Part shown: positions 30,235-39,829 of the stretch, piece after piece
Position numbering within the stretch: position 1 is the first letter of the stretch
How the letters are laid out: each line of letters begins with the position of its first letter
NCBI GenBank assembly: GCA_947630405.1
Contig: CANRHL010000003.1
Location: forward strand, 1 to 61,419
From: an uncultured Clostridia bacterium
Lineage (GTDB): Bacteria; Bacillota; Clostridia; Christensenellales; UBA1242
Direction of reading: 5' to 3'
DNA length: 61,419 nucleotides
The notes under the pieces: model-generated
Database searches by the model: none
What the model saw: the letters and a program-made list of their open reading frames with translations, nothing else
What the model was told of the DNA's origin: nothing
Program-made: the position numbers and the translations under genes

Positions 30235-30994
30235 TATTTTCCCTCATTTTATTATGTAAATTAGAATTATATTTAACATTATTTTTTGTTTTTTCAAGTT
30301 CGGCCGCCTGTTTTATGCCTTCGTCATACTGCTCCTTAGTTATTTTGTTTGTTCTAAGCAGATAATCGGAATAATAATAATCCCTTTTGCTATCCCCCGC
30401 GTTGCTTGCATCGGATTTAAATAACACGCCAACCGTTTTAAAAATAATTTTTAAATCGCCAAAAAATGTTATGTGTTCAGCATATTGTTTATCTAGGCTA
30501 AAAATATCTTCCCAACTTGCGCTGCTGCGCCCGCCACTAACTTGGTCCAACCCCGTTAATCCTGGGCGAACAGTGTAAGCTTTTAAAACTTCCTCATCAT
30601 AGAAAATCATGTCTTTAATAAGCCTAGGGCGCGGGCCAACAATGCTCATATCGCCTTTTAAAATATTCCATAATTGTGGCAACTCGTCAAGGCTGGTTTT
30701 GCGAATAAATTTCCCCCATTTTGTAATGCGCTTATCGTCTGGCAACAAATTTCCATCTTTATCCAGTGCGTTTGTCATGCTCCTAAATTTATATAATTTA
30801 AATATTTTTCCATTTTTGCCTGGACGATATTGTGCAAAAATAATTTTCCCTTTAATATTAAACCTTGAAATAATGGCAACAATTAAAATAATTGGTGAAA
30901 GAATTATTAAAGCTAGAAGTGATAAAATTATATCAAAGAACCGTTTAAAAAATAGTTCATATAGTGTTTTTCGTTTTTTCTTATTTTTTTCCAT
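30218..30994 (-). CDS. Bacterial sugar transferase (priming phosphoglycosyl transferase)
   Basis: KRFFDI, KFRSM, SLDELPQLWNILKGDMSIVGPRP, RPGLTG. Confidence 0.93.
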   Translation of the reverse strand: MEKNKKKRKTLYELFFKRFFDIILSLLALIILSPIILIVAIISRFNIKGKIIFAQYRPGKNGKIFKLYKFRSMTNALDKDGNLLPDDKRITKWGKFIRKTSLDELPQLWNILKGDMSIVGPRPRLIKDMIFYDEEVLKAYTVRPGLTGLDQVSGGRSSASWEDIFSLDKQYAEHITFFGDLKIIFKTVGVLFKSDASNAGDSKRDYYYSDYLLRTNKITKEQYDEGIKQAAELEKTKNNVKYNSNLHNKMRENNENKG

Positions 30995-31203
30995 AAAAAT
31001 TTCCTTATAAACTATTTTAATTATAGCATATATTAAAAATTTTGCAAAGAAATTTTTATAAGTTAAGTTGTTAATTTTGAATTAATTTTTAATGCACACC
31101 ACAAGTTTTTAATTTATCTTTTAATGCACCTCATCAAAATAAATTAAATTTTTAAAAACCACCAACAATTCTGCATTAAATAAATATTTATTTAATTTTA
31201 AAT

Positions 31204-31548
31204 TTAACTTTTAATTAAATTTTTATTTACATAAAACATTTCTGCTTCGTTAAATTTTAACTTCTTTAATTTTATAAAAAGGTTTTTGTTAATCTCTTCT
31301 GTTTCTTGTTTTATTTTTTCAAAATTAAAATTTAAATAATCCACTTCGGTTTCATTTAAATCTTTTTTTAATTTTAAAAATGAAAAATCCATTAGCCCAA
31401 TTTTAAAAAATAAATTTTCATACACGTTGCACAAATTTTCAAGCTCATTATAGAACTGAAAAAATGAATTATTGTTTTTTAATTTCTTTTTTGCTAAATA
31501 CAACCTTATATAATCGTCTATTAAGGATAGTTTAATTTTGCCTTTCAT
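31204..31548 (-). CDS. Hypothetical protein
   Basis: AT-rich ORF, RBS AGGGGTG before ATG 31548. Confidence 0.55.
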   Translation of the reverse strand: MKGKIKLSLIDDYIRLYLAKKKLKNNNSFFQFYNELENLCNVYENLFFKIGLMDFSFLKLKKDLNETEVDYLNFNFEKIKQETEEINKNLFIKLKKLKFNEAEMFYVNKNLIKS

Positions 31549-31724
31549 TGCACCCCTAAAAAATATTTTCCAAAACAAAAAAATTAAAAAGTTAAAATGA
31601 AAATATTTTAAAAAATATTTAAAAACTGTTAAAAATTGTAATTTTTTTGCATTTTTATATATAAATTTATTATTTTTTAATGTTTTTTATTACATTTTTA
31701 AAAAATTTTATATTTTTTTAAAAT

Positions 31725-31751
31725 AAAAAACCCAAGCAAAACTTGGGTTTA
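31725..31751 (-). terminator. Terminator after virB4-like gene
   Basis: AAAACCCAAG-loop-CTTGGGTTTTTT. Confidence 0.75.
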
Positions 31752-31763
31752 ATAATTAAAATT

Positions 31764-34529
31764 TTAGCCTCGCCTTCCTTCGCCCATAAGCTCACGCACA
31801 ACATCGAAAGCGATAATGTCAATGAATTGCCTATCCATTGGGCCGGATATGAAGAACGCTCTACCACGCGGTGCAGTAACAATACCTTCTTGTTCGCGCT
31901 TGTTGATGCCGCCCGCCGATTTATAAAGTTCAAGCAAGTCCGCCATGTCGTTTGGTGCCATCTGCAAAATCATACTGTATTGGCAAGCGTTAATAACGGC
32001 TGCCGAACGGCGCTGAATTTCTGGCGTGCCTAAGAAGTCCTTAATGTTCTGCGTAATAACGATTTGCATTCCTTGATATTTACGAATACGTTTTGCCATT
32101 TCCGCCATAAAGTTAAGCGCAACCGGGCTATCTGGGTCAATGAACATGTGCGCTTCATCCACCGCAATAACAACCTGACGTTTAATGTCGTTGCCCGTTT
32201 TCTCGTAATACTGTTCGTTAAAACGTTTGTTGTTAATAATTTCGTTGTTAAGATATTTGAACACCAAAAGCATTTGTGCGTTTGCCAATTTGTTGTTCTT
32301 ACTTGCAAACAGGGTTTGGAAGTTAAATGTAATCAAATTTTCGTCTGTCAAAATTGAAGTTGGGCCGTTCCACAAATCACTGTTTCGTCCGCCCGTTGCA
32401 AATTTTTGAATGTATGTTTCCAAAATCAAAAGGTTGTTTCTATAAAATTCGTCTTTAACGGTTTTCAATTTCTTTTGAATTAGCGCAAATAAATCGTCAA
32501 AAATAGGATAATCTTCCGCCTTCAATTTCGCAATGTTCGTCTTTTCGTTAATTCCTTTGTTGTTATAAAGTTCAACAACAAGGGTGTTAAGCGTCTCAAA
32601 CGCGTCCGAGCTTATGCCTTCCAAAATCGCCCTAAAGAATTGTTCCAAGAACTGCAAATGCGTAAAGAATGTTTTGTTGTTGCCCTGCTTAACCATATCG
32701 TCAATGCTAACATCGTCAATGTTGTCCGCATCGTTAAACGCGTCCAAATCTTCAAGCGCCGCCATGATGTGGAAAGGGTTAATAATACCACTTTTGTTTG
32801 TTCCAACGTCAATTTCCTTGCCGCCAAGGTTTTTAGTCATAACTTCGTACTCGTTTTCCGGGTCCAAAATATACATTTTTGTTCTGTCCGCCGCAAGGTT
32901 TGTTAAAATTGTTTTTGTTGCAAATGATTTACCCGAACCAGACTTACCAACAACCATCATGTTAGAGTTAATACGCCCGGCAACCGAGTCCCTTGTGAAG
33001 AAATCCACAAACACGGGGTAACCGCTGGCGGTTGATTGCCCAATGCAGAAGCCAGCTGGGTCTTGCATAAGCGAGTCAACCATAGGGAAACTTGCCGCAA
33101 TGGTGGTTGAAGGCATGCTGCGATAATACGATTTTAATGTGTCAATCCTATTAATGCTGGACGACACAAACGCATCCACCTGCCTGCCAAACAAATCGCT
33201 ATATTTAAAGCCATATTGCTTTAACACACTTCTCACTTCCTTACGCGCAGCCTCTTCCACACGCAAGTGAATTGAAACGTCGTAAAGTTGTTCGTTGTTC
33301 GTTTTTAAATCTTTAAGCAGGGTGTTAAGCGAATCAATATCTGCTTCCTTTTCAATCACCTCACTGCTTCTATAAGTTCGGTCAAGTTTTGCTTCTTTTT
33401 CCATAACCGCACGGTCAATAACTTTTTCGCCCTTGTCCTTATCAACCGGCATAATATTCATAATAACGCGCGTTCCTTCTTGGTTAAATATTGGATACGC
33501 CCACCCATTGCCCACTTCAAGCGGATAGTTGGAAATAACCATCTGTTTGTAAGGCTTTTTATCCATTTCAACACGCGCAACTTTAAATTCCACGCGCTCC
33601 GGCATAATCCAACTGCCCAACTGGCTTGGCGGAATGCCGTCAATTTCGCTTTCCATGAAAACTGAATCGTAGTTCGATTTTAAGAACCCAACCAAATCGT
33701 CTTCCATAAGAATGTGCGATGTTATGTGATATTGCCCAGCAGAAAGGTCATTCACAATGCCCACTGCTGTATCTTCAAGGCTAACTTTATCCATGCCGTA
33801 AAGCACTAAATAATAGTGGTCCTGCAAAATTGGCTCTGCCTTAATGGCGTTGTTAAGCCTTGCCACACGCTCCCTGAATATAAGCGAACGCGCGTCCATC
33901 TCTTGCATATTATACTGCCCTTGCTCGTAAAGTTCGTTCAAAAGAGCGTATTTAATATCGTCGTTTTTTAAGAAAATATCAAATCTCATTGGCTTAACTG
34001 TTTTAACAATGCTCGCCCGCTGATATTGTGAAATACGCTTTAATGCACGGCTAAATGTGTTAATAAGCGAATCTTGCGCATCCTCTTGCATAAGGTCCAT
34101 GGCCACCGGCTGCATCTCAATAACCATGCCCGAATAATCGCCAAAATTAATCAACTTGCCCACTTCTATGTTCAAGAAAGGTGTAAGTTTTCGCATGGAC
34201 GTAAACCCACGCTCTTTCTTTTTCTCGCCATTTTTCATTACTTTAGGATTAATATATTTTTTAGGGAAGGCCGCAAACCTAATAATAAGCACAATCGAAC
34301 TATAAAGTCTAACCCCTTCGTCAATAGGAATATACATTGCAACGCTAATAGCCAGCCAGCCAATAAGCGCATACATACGATAGTCACTGCCGCCAATCCT
34401 AAAAAGGTTACTAGCAATAATAACCACGGCAAAAACAAGGCAAATAATGGCGAGAATAATATCGCCAAGCGTAATGTTTCTAATAAATTCAGTTTTAACC
34501 CGAGTTTTACCCGGAATATATCTAACCAT
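31764..34529 (-). CDS. VirB4/TraE-family T4SS ATPase with fused N-terminal PrgI/VirB3-like TM region
   Basis: N-terminal IPGKTRVKTEFIRNITLGD plus two TM helices; NMMVVGKSGSGKS Walker A; ILDPENEY; IAVDEAH Walker B; KRIRKY; ITQN. Confidence 0.9.
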   Translation of the reverse strand: MVRYIPGKTRVKTEFIRNITLGDIILAIICLVFAVVIIASNLFRIGGSDYRMYALIGWLAISVAMYIPIDEGVRLYSSIVLIIRFAAFPKKYINPKVMKNGEKKKERGFTSMRKLTPFLNIEVGKLINFGDYSGMVIEMQPVAMDLMQEDAQDSLINTFSRALKRISQYQRASIVKTVKPMRFDIFLKNDDIKYALLNELYEQGQYNMQEMDARSLIFRERVARLNNAIKAEPILQDHYYLVLYGMDKVSLEDTAVGIVNDLSAGQYHITSHILMEDDLVGFLKSNYDSVFMESEIDGIPPSQLGSWIMPERVEFKVARVEMDKKPYKQMVISNYPLEVGNGWAYPIFNQEGTRVIMNIMPVDKDKGEKVIDRAVMEKEAKLDRTYRSSEVIEKEADIDSLNTLLKDLKTNNEQLYDVSIHLRVEEAARKEVRSVLKQYGFKYSDLFGRQVDAFVSSSINRIDTLKSYYRSMPSTTIAASFPMVDSLMQDPAGFCIGQSTASGYPVFVDFFTRDSVAGRINSNMMVVGKSGSGKSFATKTILTNLAADRTKMYILDPENEYEVMTKNLGGKEIDVGTNKSGIINPFHIMAALEDLDAFNDADNIDDVSIDDMVKQGNNKTFFTHLQFLEQFFRAILEGISSDAFETLNTLVVELYNNKGINEKTNIAKLKAEDYPIFDDLFALIQKKLKTVKDEFYRNNLLILETYIQKFATGGRNSDLWNGPTSILTDENLITFNFQTLFASKNNKLANAQMLLVFKYLNNEIINNKRFNEQYYEKTGNDIKRQVVIAVDEAHMFIDPDSPVALNFMAEMAKRIRKYQGMQIVITQNIKDFLGTPEIQRRSAAVINACQYSMILQMAPNDMADLLELYKSAGGINKREQEGIVTAPRGRAFFISGPMDRQFIDIIAFDVVRELMGEGRRG

Positions 34530-34552
34530 TATTCACCCCTTTCGCCTAAATG

Positions 34553-37192
34553 TTATTTTTTATCGCTGGTTTTCTTTAAATCTTTAAGAGCCGTTGAAAG
34601 TTCTTTCTTTTCTTCGTCTATTGCTTTCTTCAAAGCGTTCTTAGTTTGTTCTTCGCTTGTTTTAAGCGCTTTTAAGGTATCTTTTAACTCTGCAGCCAAA
34701 TCTTTAATAGGTTGACTTTTCTCAATTCTATCCAAATTTGCTTGAATAGTAGATAGCACTGAACTGCTAATGCTAGAATCAACACCCTTATTATCTTGTG
34801 ATGAGTTCTGCACTTCAATAGATGCCGTTTTAACCGCTGCTTGTAATTCTTGCCTTTGATCCATTTGACCGTTAACAAGATTAGCAAATTTTTTATCTTC
34901 TTCTTTTGCATCATCACCATATGTTAGCCTTTCACCGCGTAGGGCCTTAGAGAATGCTTCTTTTAAGTCCCATCCCGAGCCTGTGCTTGATGCAATTTTT
35001 TCAATGGCTTCTTTTAATCCACTTTCAAAACCATTTAAAGCGGTAAGGGCCGTATCGTAATTTGCCACTGCTTGATTGAATCCTGTTCTACCTTTAAGTT
35101 GGTCTAAGAATGTAGATAAAGACTCAATATTATAAGCCGGTATTGTTTTACCTGTTTTTGGGTCAACTCCACCTTTTGCCATTTCTTTAAATGTGTCATT
35201 TTTCTTTAATTGTTTAAATAGAGTTTCTCCATCATCTGATGAAAGTGCCGAAATCATAGACTTTATATCGCCCGAATCAAATTTTGCTAAAAGTGTGTTG
35301 ACTGCTTTGTTTCTTTTAATTGCATTATCTGTGGTGTCTGCGGTGGTAGTACGAGTATCTTTAATGCCTTTAATTATTTCGCTTGGCTTGCCAATACCGG
35401 ACTTTTCGCCTAACCAATTGGTTACCGAGCCAAATAACCCACCTTGGAATCTTTCGCCTTGTCCACCAATAACACTGTCGCGCAATGAGCCAAAGAATCC
35501 GCCAGTTGCAGTTCCTCCAACATCGGCCTTCCTATCTTGTTTATAAGATTTTTCCACTTTTTTCCTAGCCGCCTTTTGTGCCTTATTTAAATCTTTAAAG
35601 TAAGAGTCATCTTTAATTCTGCCCGCATTTGCAGCTTCAAACTGAGCAGTTTCTTTCTTTATTGCCTCATCCCTTGCAGTATTTAAATCTTTTTCATGAG
35701 TTTTATCATATGCTTGACCGGCTTTTCTTCTTCTATTAGCAGCAGTAAATGCACCAACACCGGCTTTTGTTACGCCAGCAACACCTTTTACGGCATGCCC
35801 GACACCCTTTTTAACACGGTTTAATGAGTTGCTCATTAAGCCTGCGCCCGTGCTTAATGCGTCTGTACCACCAATGTATGAAGATAAGTTGCCGATAAAG
35901 CCTTTAACCATATAAAGTGCGGCAATGTTAATTAATATTGGTGCCAATCCAAGCGTATAGTCGAAAAGCATTGTGCTAGGGCTAATGGATAGTGCGCCTA
36001 TGCTGCCCGATGCACTACTTGCCGTGCCTATTTCAATTTGATTAATAAATGGCACCAAAGCCATGAACAAGTTCATGCCCGCCACCGCGCCATACGCGGA
36101 AAGTGTGTTTTTAACGAAATCTTGTTTCCAGCTTTGCACTGTGGATCCATCGTTTAGTGGATACATTGCGCAAATTGCAGGGCTAATTACAAACAACAAT
36201 ATTAATGTGAACAACCTTTGCACCATGCCAAAGGCAATTCCACCGAGCGCGTACAGAATAAATATTCCGCCGCCCGCCAGCAAGATATAGTTAACATGCA
36301 CAAGAGCATAGAAATCGTCAGTCGTTGTCGTGCCGACATTATTATCTGCCAGCCAAGGGTTTGGTCCGCTGCCGTGCGAGTATATTGCATCCACCACCTC
36401 GGCAAACTGCTCTGCCGAATAGGCAGCACTTCCAGTTGTTGGTGTTTGCGTAGTTCCACCACCTTCGTCTTGCTCGCCTTCCGTTGTTTCCGGTGGAGTT
36501 TGCGCACTTGAGCCAAGCGTTGGGTCCACCTTAAGCGGGTCAAAAGTAAACGATAAGCCCAACTCGGATGCATTTTTTATATCTTTGCCCGAACCAACAT
36601 TTTTGTAATAAAGTTCAGCAATGTGTTTTGCCTCACTTTCGTCAACACCGTCCCTTCTTGCGCGGTTAGCATCGTATGCCGAAGCAATGAAAAGTTGCCT
36701 ATCTAGTGAGGTGTTTGATGTTGATGCACTTGTTGCCCCGTTAATTGCCTGAAGCAGGAAGTTTGCCGCCCACACGCCCAACAAACACAGAACCGGAACT
36801 AAAATAAAGTTGCCCAAGCCTTTTATTGCGTTTCCAACGATATCCTGCCACTTTTTTTGTTTTGAGTCATAAGCATTTTTAATAAATGCCATTGCCGTGA
36901 AAATAATCAACAAGAAAATTGCCAAAATTAAAATCGAAATAAATATATTTTTAACCAATTGCGACGTTAAGAAATAGTAAACAATTCCGCCGCCATTTCC
37001 GCTGCCACTAGACAAGTCTGAAAACATGCCGCTTGAATTTACAACTTCGCCATTAATTGTTATTGTTCCAATGCCCGCAAATGCGTAGAAAATTGATTGG
37101 AAAACACTAATCAAAGCACCAATGATTCTAAACATTGGCCAAAGAATAGTTCCCAAAACACCCAATATTCCATCAAAGAACGAATTCCCCAT
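34553..37192 (-). CDS. VirB6/TrbL-like polytopic membrane protein with long C-terminal extension
   Basis: Multiple TM helices; QRLFTLILLFVISPAICAMYP..DGS..WK pattern; Gly/Ala-rich then coiled-coil tail; RBS AAAGGAGA before ATG 37192; directly upstream of virB4. Confidence 0.75.
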   Translation of the reverse strand: MGNSFFDGILGVLGTILWPMFRIIGALISVFQSIFYAFAGIGTITINGEVVNSSGMFSDLSSGSGNGGGIVYYFLTSQLVKNIFISILILAIFLLIIFTAMAFIKNAYDSKQKKWQDIVGNAIKGLGNFILVPVLCLLGVWAANFLLQAINGATSASTSNTSLDRQLFIASAYDANRARRDGVDESEAKHIAELYYKNVGSGKDIKNASELGLSFTFDPLKVDPTLGSSAQTPPETTEGEQDEGGGTTQTPTTGSAAYSAEQFAEVVDAIYSHGSGPNPWLADNNVGTTTTDDFYALVHVNYILLAGGGIFILYALGGIAFGMVQRLFTLILLFVISPAICAMYPLNDGSTVQSWKQDFVKNTLSAYGAVAGMNLFMALVPFINQIEIGTASSASGSIGALSISPSTMLFDYTLGLAPILINIAALYMVKGFIGNLSSYIGGTDALSTGAGLMSNSLNRVKKGVGHAVKGVAGVTKAGVGAFTAANRRRKAGQAYDKTHEKDLNTARDEAIKKETAQFEAANAGRIKDDSYFKDLNKAQKAARKKVEKSYKQDRKADVGGTATGGFFGSLRDSVIGGQGERFQGGLFGSVTNWLGEKSGIGKPSEIIKGIKDTRTTTADTTDNAIKRNKAVNTLLAKFDSGDIKSMISALSSDDGETLFKQLKKNDTFKEMAKGGVDPKTGKTIPAYNIESLSTFLDQLKGRTGFNQAVANYDTALTALNGFESGLKEAIEKIASSTGSGWDLKEAFSKALRGERLTYGDDAKEEDKKFANLVNGQMDQRQELQAAVKTASIEVQNSSQDNKGVDSSISSSVLSTIQANLDRIEKSQPIKDLAAELKDTLKALKTSEEQTKNALKKAIDEEKKELSTALKDLKKTSDKK

Positions 37193-37347
37193 ACTTTCTC
37201 CTTTCGTTTTTTTTGCCAAACCCTTAATGTTGAGTTCATTAATTTCTTAAGAATTTGCCGCAAAAAATAAACTTGTATAAGTTTATTATACACTAAAAAA
37301 ACAAAATAAACAAACAAATGCAACAAATTTCTCTATTTTTCTTAAAG

Positions 37348-37574
37348 AAAAAACTGCCTCAGCAGTTTAATCTCTTCTTTAAAAACACAATTCAACCCCA
37401 CCTTTTAAATGGAAAAGGAGTAAACAAGCAACAAATCATAAACCCATCCTTTTTAAAATGGAAAAGGAGTAATGAGGGAAAAACTGCTCGCAGGTTGTCC
37501 TTCATAGAAAGGGAGTAAACAAGCGAAAAACGAAATTCGCGTTTAGCAAATGAGAAAGAGCGCAGTTTACTCCC
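37348..37574. repeat. Repeat-rich structured intergenic region
   Basis: Three copies of GAAA(A/G)GGAGTAA(ACAAGC) at ~37412, ~37461, ~37507; inverted GTTTACTCCC at 37565; two AAAAACTGC..GCAG hairpins. Confidence 0.6.
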
Positions 37575-38901
37575 AATTTGTCTCTGACTCTCCGCAGAAG
37601 AATGTGCCATTTGCGCCGTATTCAATTTTTAGCCCAACGCCATCGGCAACATATGTGTAAACATCGGTTGGCTGCTCGCCTTCGCCCGTTTGCAACTTTA
37701 AATAATAGTCGCTTGTCAGGTTGCCGTTATGCAAAATGTCGTAAAGTGAAAGGCCTGTTAGCAAATTGTTTTCGCTGGTAACACCCGCCTCAATGTTGGT
37801 GTATGCTTGTGCGCTGAGGCGTTGTGTATATTCAACTTGATAAATAGTGTCCTTATAAGTTTGCCCCGACATATAGACGAAAGGCATAAGAGTTTGTCCG
37901 CTTGTTAAATAAACTTTTAACGTGCCAAAGTTTTCAACCATGCCAAAATTGAAACTCAATTTTGTGATGTTCACTGCCTTTCTTGGCATTAAAATGAATG
38001 CCACATAGTTTTCGGCTTGCAAATTTTTAATGTAATCCTGCGCGCCGTCCAAAATGTAGTCTTTAACATAAACCATTTCGGTGCGTTTTTGTTCTTCCGG
38101 TTTGATAACCTCGGTAATTTTATTTAAAAGTGTTTCCCCGCTTGGCAATGCGCCACTCTGCTTATCTGGGGTTATTGTTCCATCAGTTGAAAGCAAATAG
38201 TCTCTAACTTTGCCGGCAATTTCCTCACTAATTGCTTGGTTATAGCCAAAATATTTTATTCCAGCAATTTTTTCAGCAAATGTGCTGGCAGTGCCTTCGG
38301 CATTATCCGCCAAATAAACACTATCCGCAATGGCATTAACTAAAGAATAAAGGTTGGTGTCTGCATAATCTGTTGCAAATTTACTAAAATCGTAATTATT
38401 GGCTGGCAAAGCGGTTGCTAAATTGATTGTAACTTTCAACTCTTCGTCCGCATCAAGCGATGTTTTAATTTCAACAATCGTGTTGGTGTAGTTTTTAATT
38501 AAATCTTTTTGCGCCTGTTCGTTATCCTTATAAATTGTGCGCGCGCCATAAAAATCCGCCCCCTTAATGCCGTATGGCGAACTCATGCTGCCATCGTCCT
38601 CAAATAGCCATGGTGTTTGTTGCCTTTGTGAATCGCCAGCAAGCGACACCAACATGAATAAAAACACAAACACAATCAAAACAGGCAACGCCACAGAAAG
38701 TATGCTCCCTAATTTAAGCGAAAGCCCCTGGAACTTTTTCTTTTTAGCAAGTTCGGCTCCCTTCTTTGTTTTTTGTTCGTCATTCTCGCCCGCTTTTCCA
38801 GATTTCTCACTAGTTTCTTCTTGAGGGTTTTCTTCGTCTAATTCATCTTCAACTTCAGCACTTTCTTCTTCCTGCTCGTCATCTAACTCGTCGTCGTCCA
38901 T
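37567..38901 (-). CDS. Single-pass membrane protein with acidic N-tail and large extracytoplasmic domain (T4SS cluster)
   Basis: MDDDELDDEQEEE acidic tail, KKKK, one TM helix, ~350-aa C-domain; RBS GGGGG. Confidence 0.8.
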   Translation of the reverse strand: MDDDELDDEQEEESAEVEDELDEENPQEETSEKSGKAGENDEQKTKKGAELAKKKKFQGLSLKLGSILSVALPVLIVFVFLFMLVSLAGDSQRQQTPWLFEDDGSMSSPYGIKGADFYGARTIYKDNEQAQKDLIKNYTNTIVEIKTSLDADEELKVTINLATALPANNYDFSKFATDYADTNLYSLVNAIADSVYLADNAEGTASTFAEKIAGIKYFGYNQAISEEIAGKVRDYLLSTDGTITPDKQSGALPSGETLLNKITEVIKPEEQKRTEMVYVKDYILDGAQDYIKNLQAENYVAFILMPRKAVNITKLSFNFGMVENFGTLKVYLTSGQTLMPFVYMSGQTYKDTIYQVEYTQRLSAQAYTNIEAGVTSENNLLTGLSLYDILHNGNLTSDYYLKLQTGEGEQPTDVYTYVADGVGLKIEYGANGTFFCGESETNWE

Positions 38902-39165
38902 AAACTTTACCCCCTTTTTCGTCACAAATTGCGTTTATTTGGTTTGCTAAACGCAAAGCCAAGGATAAACTTATTTGTTCCTTATTCCCACAAAACATTT
39001 ATTTTGTGGGAGCCCTTGTTTGTTCTTACGAGAGCCTCGACATTTATTGTTATTATAACAAATTAAAATAAAAATACAAAATATTTTTAAGTTAAAATAA
39101 AAATAAATGATATTAAAAGGGTCCCACAAGAAAAAAATAAAAAAAGAGAGCAATCGCTCTCTTAA

Positions 39166-39555
39166 TTATCTAATAAAGAATGATTTAACAACGCCGGCAT
39201 AGGTTTGAAGTGTTGGGTAAATGTTCCCTTTGGTTGGATCTTTTTGTTGATAGCCCCAAGATCCTGTATCTATCAACTTGTCTTTGCCAATGTTGAATGC
39301 TAAGAAATAGAACAATGCAATTAAAATAAATGTTACCACAATACCGACAATAACCGAAATTAATTTTGCTTTTGCTTCTTCCCTTTCGTTCTTTTCGTCT
39401 GCCTTAACAAATTTAACACCAACAACAATGGCGTAAATAATACCTGCAACGGCAACCAAAATTAAAATTGGGTTAATAACTGTTAGCACTGCATTCAATA
39501 GTGCATTTAACCAACCCATGCCAGTATCAGGCAATGCGGCCAATAAAGTACTCAT
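39166..39555 (-). CDS. VirB2/TrbC-like pilin
   Basis: Two hydrophobic helices flanking GVKFVKADEKNEREEAKAKL; located between VirD4 and VirB6/VirB4. Confidence 0.72.
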   Translation of the reverse strand: MSTLLAALPDTGMGWLNALLNAVLTVINPILILVAVAGIIYAIVVGVKFVKADEKNEREEAKAKLISVIVGIVVTFILIALFYFLAFNIGKDKLIDTGSWGYQQKDPTKGNIYPTLQTYAGVVKSFFIR

Positions 39556-39829
39556 ATAAATAAAATCCCCCTTTTTTGTGGCACAATTTGTTATTTTGTG
39601 CCGATTTATGAAATAATGATAGCAAGTTAAAAATTTAAAATCAACTAAATTTTACATATTTTTTAAAAATTTTTTAACTTTAAATTATTTTGTTTAATAT
39701 TTTTGCAATTATACTTATTAAATTAAAAGATTATTTTTTATAAAACCTATTAAATTAAGGGTTAATTTATTTGACTTTTTTATTTCGGCCAATTATAATT
39801 TTACTAAGAAATAATAAAAAAGGAGAAAT

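Noticed and set aside
31020-31200. Short repeated TTTTAATGCAC motifs
   Set aside because: Two copies in extremely AT-rich DNA; plausible by chance
32030-36573. Multiple 60-213 aa ORFs overlapping virB4 and virB6
   Set aside because: Shadow ORFs on other frames of long, well-supported genes
37400-37530. Possible mini CRISPR array
   Set aside because: Repeats are short, unequal and degenerate; only three copies; no cas genes
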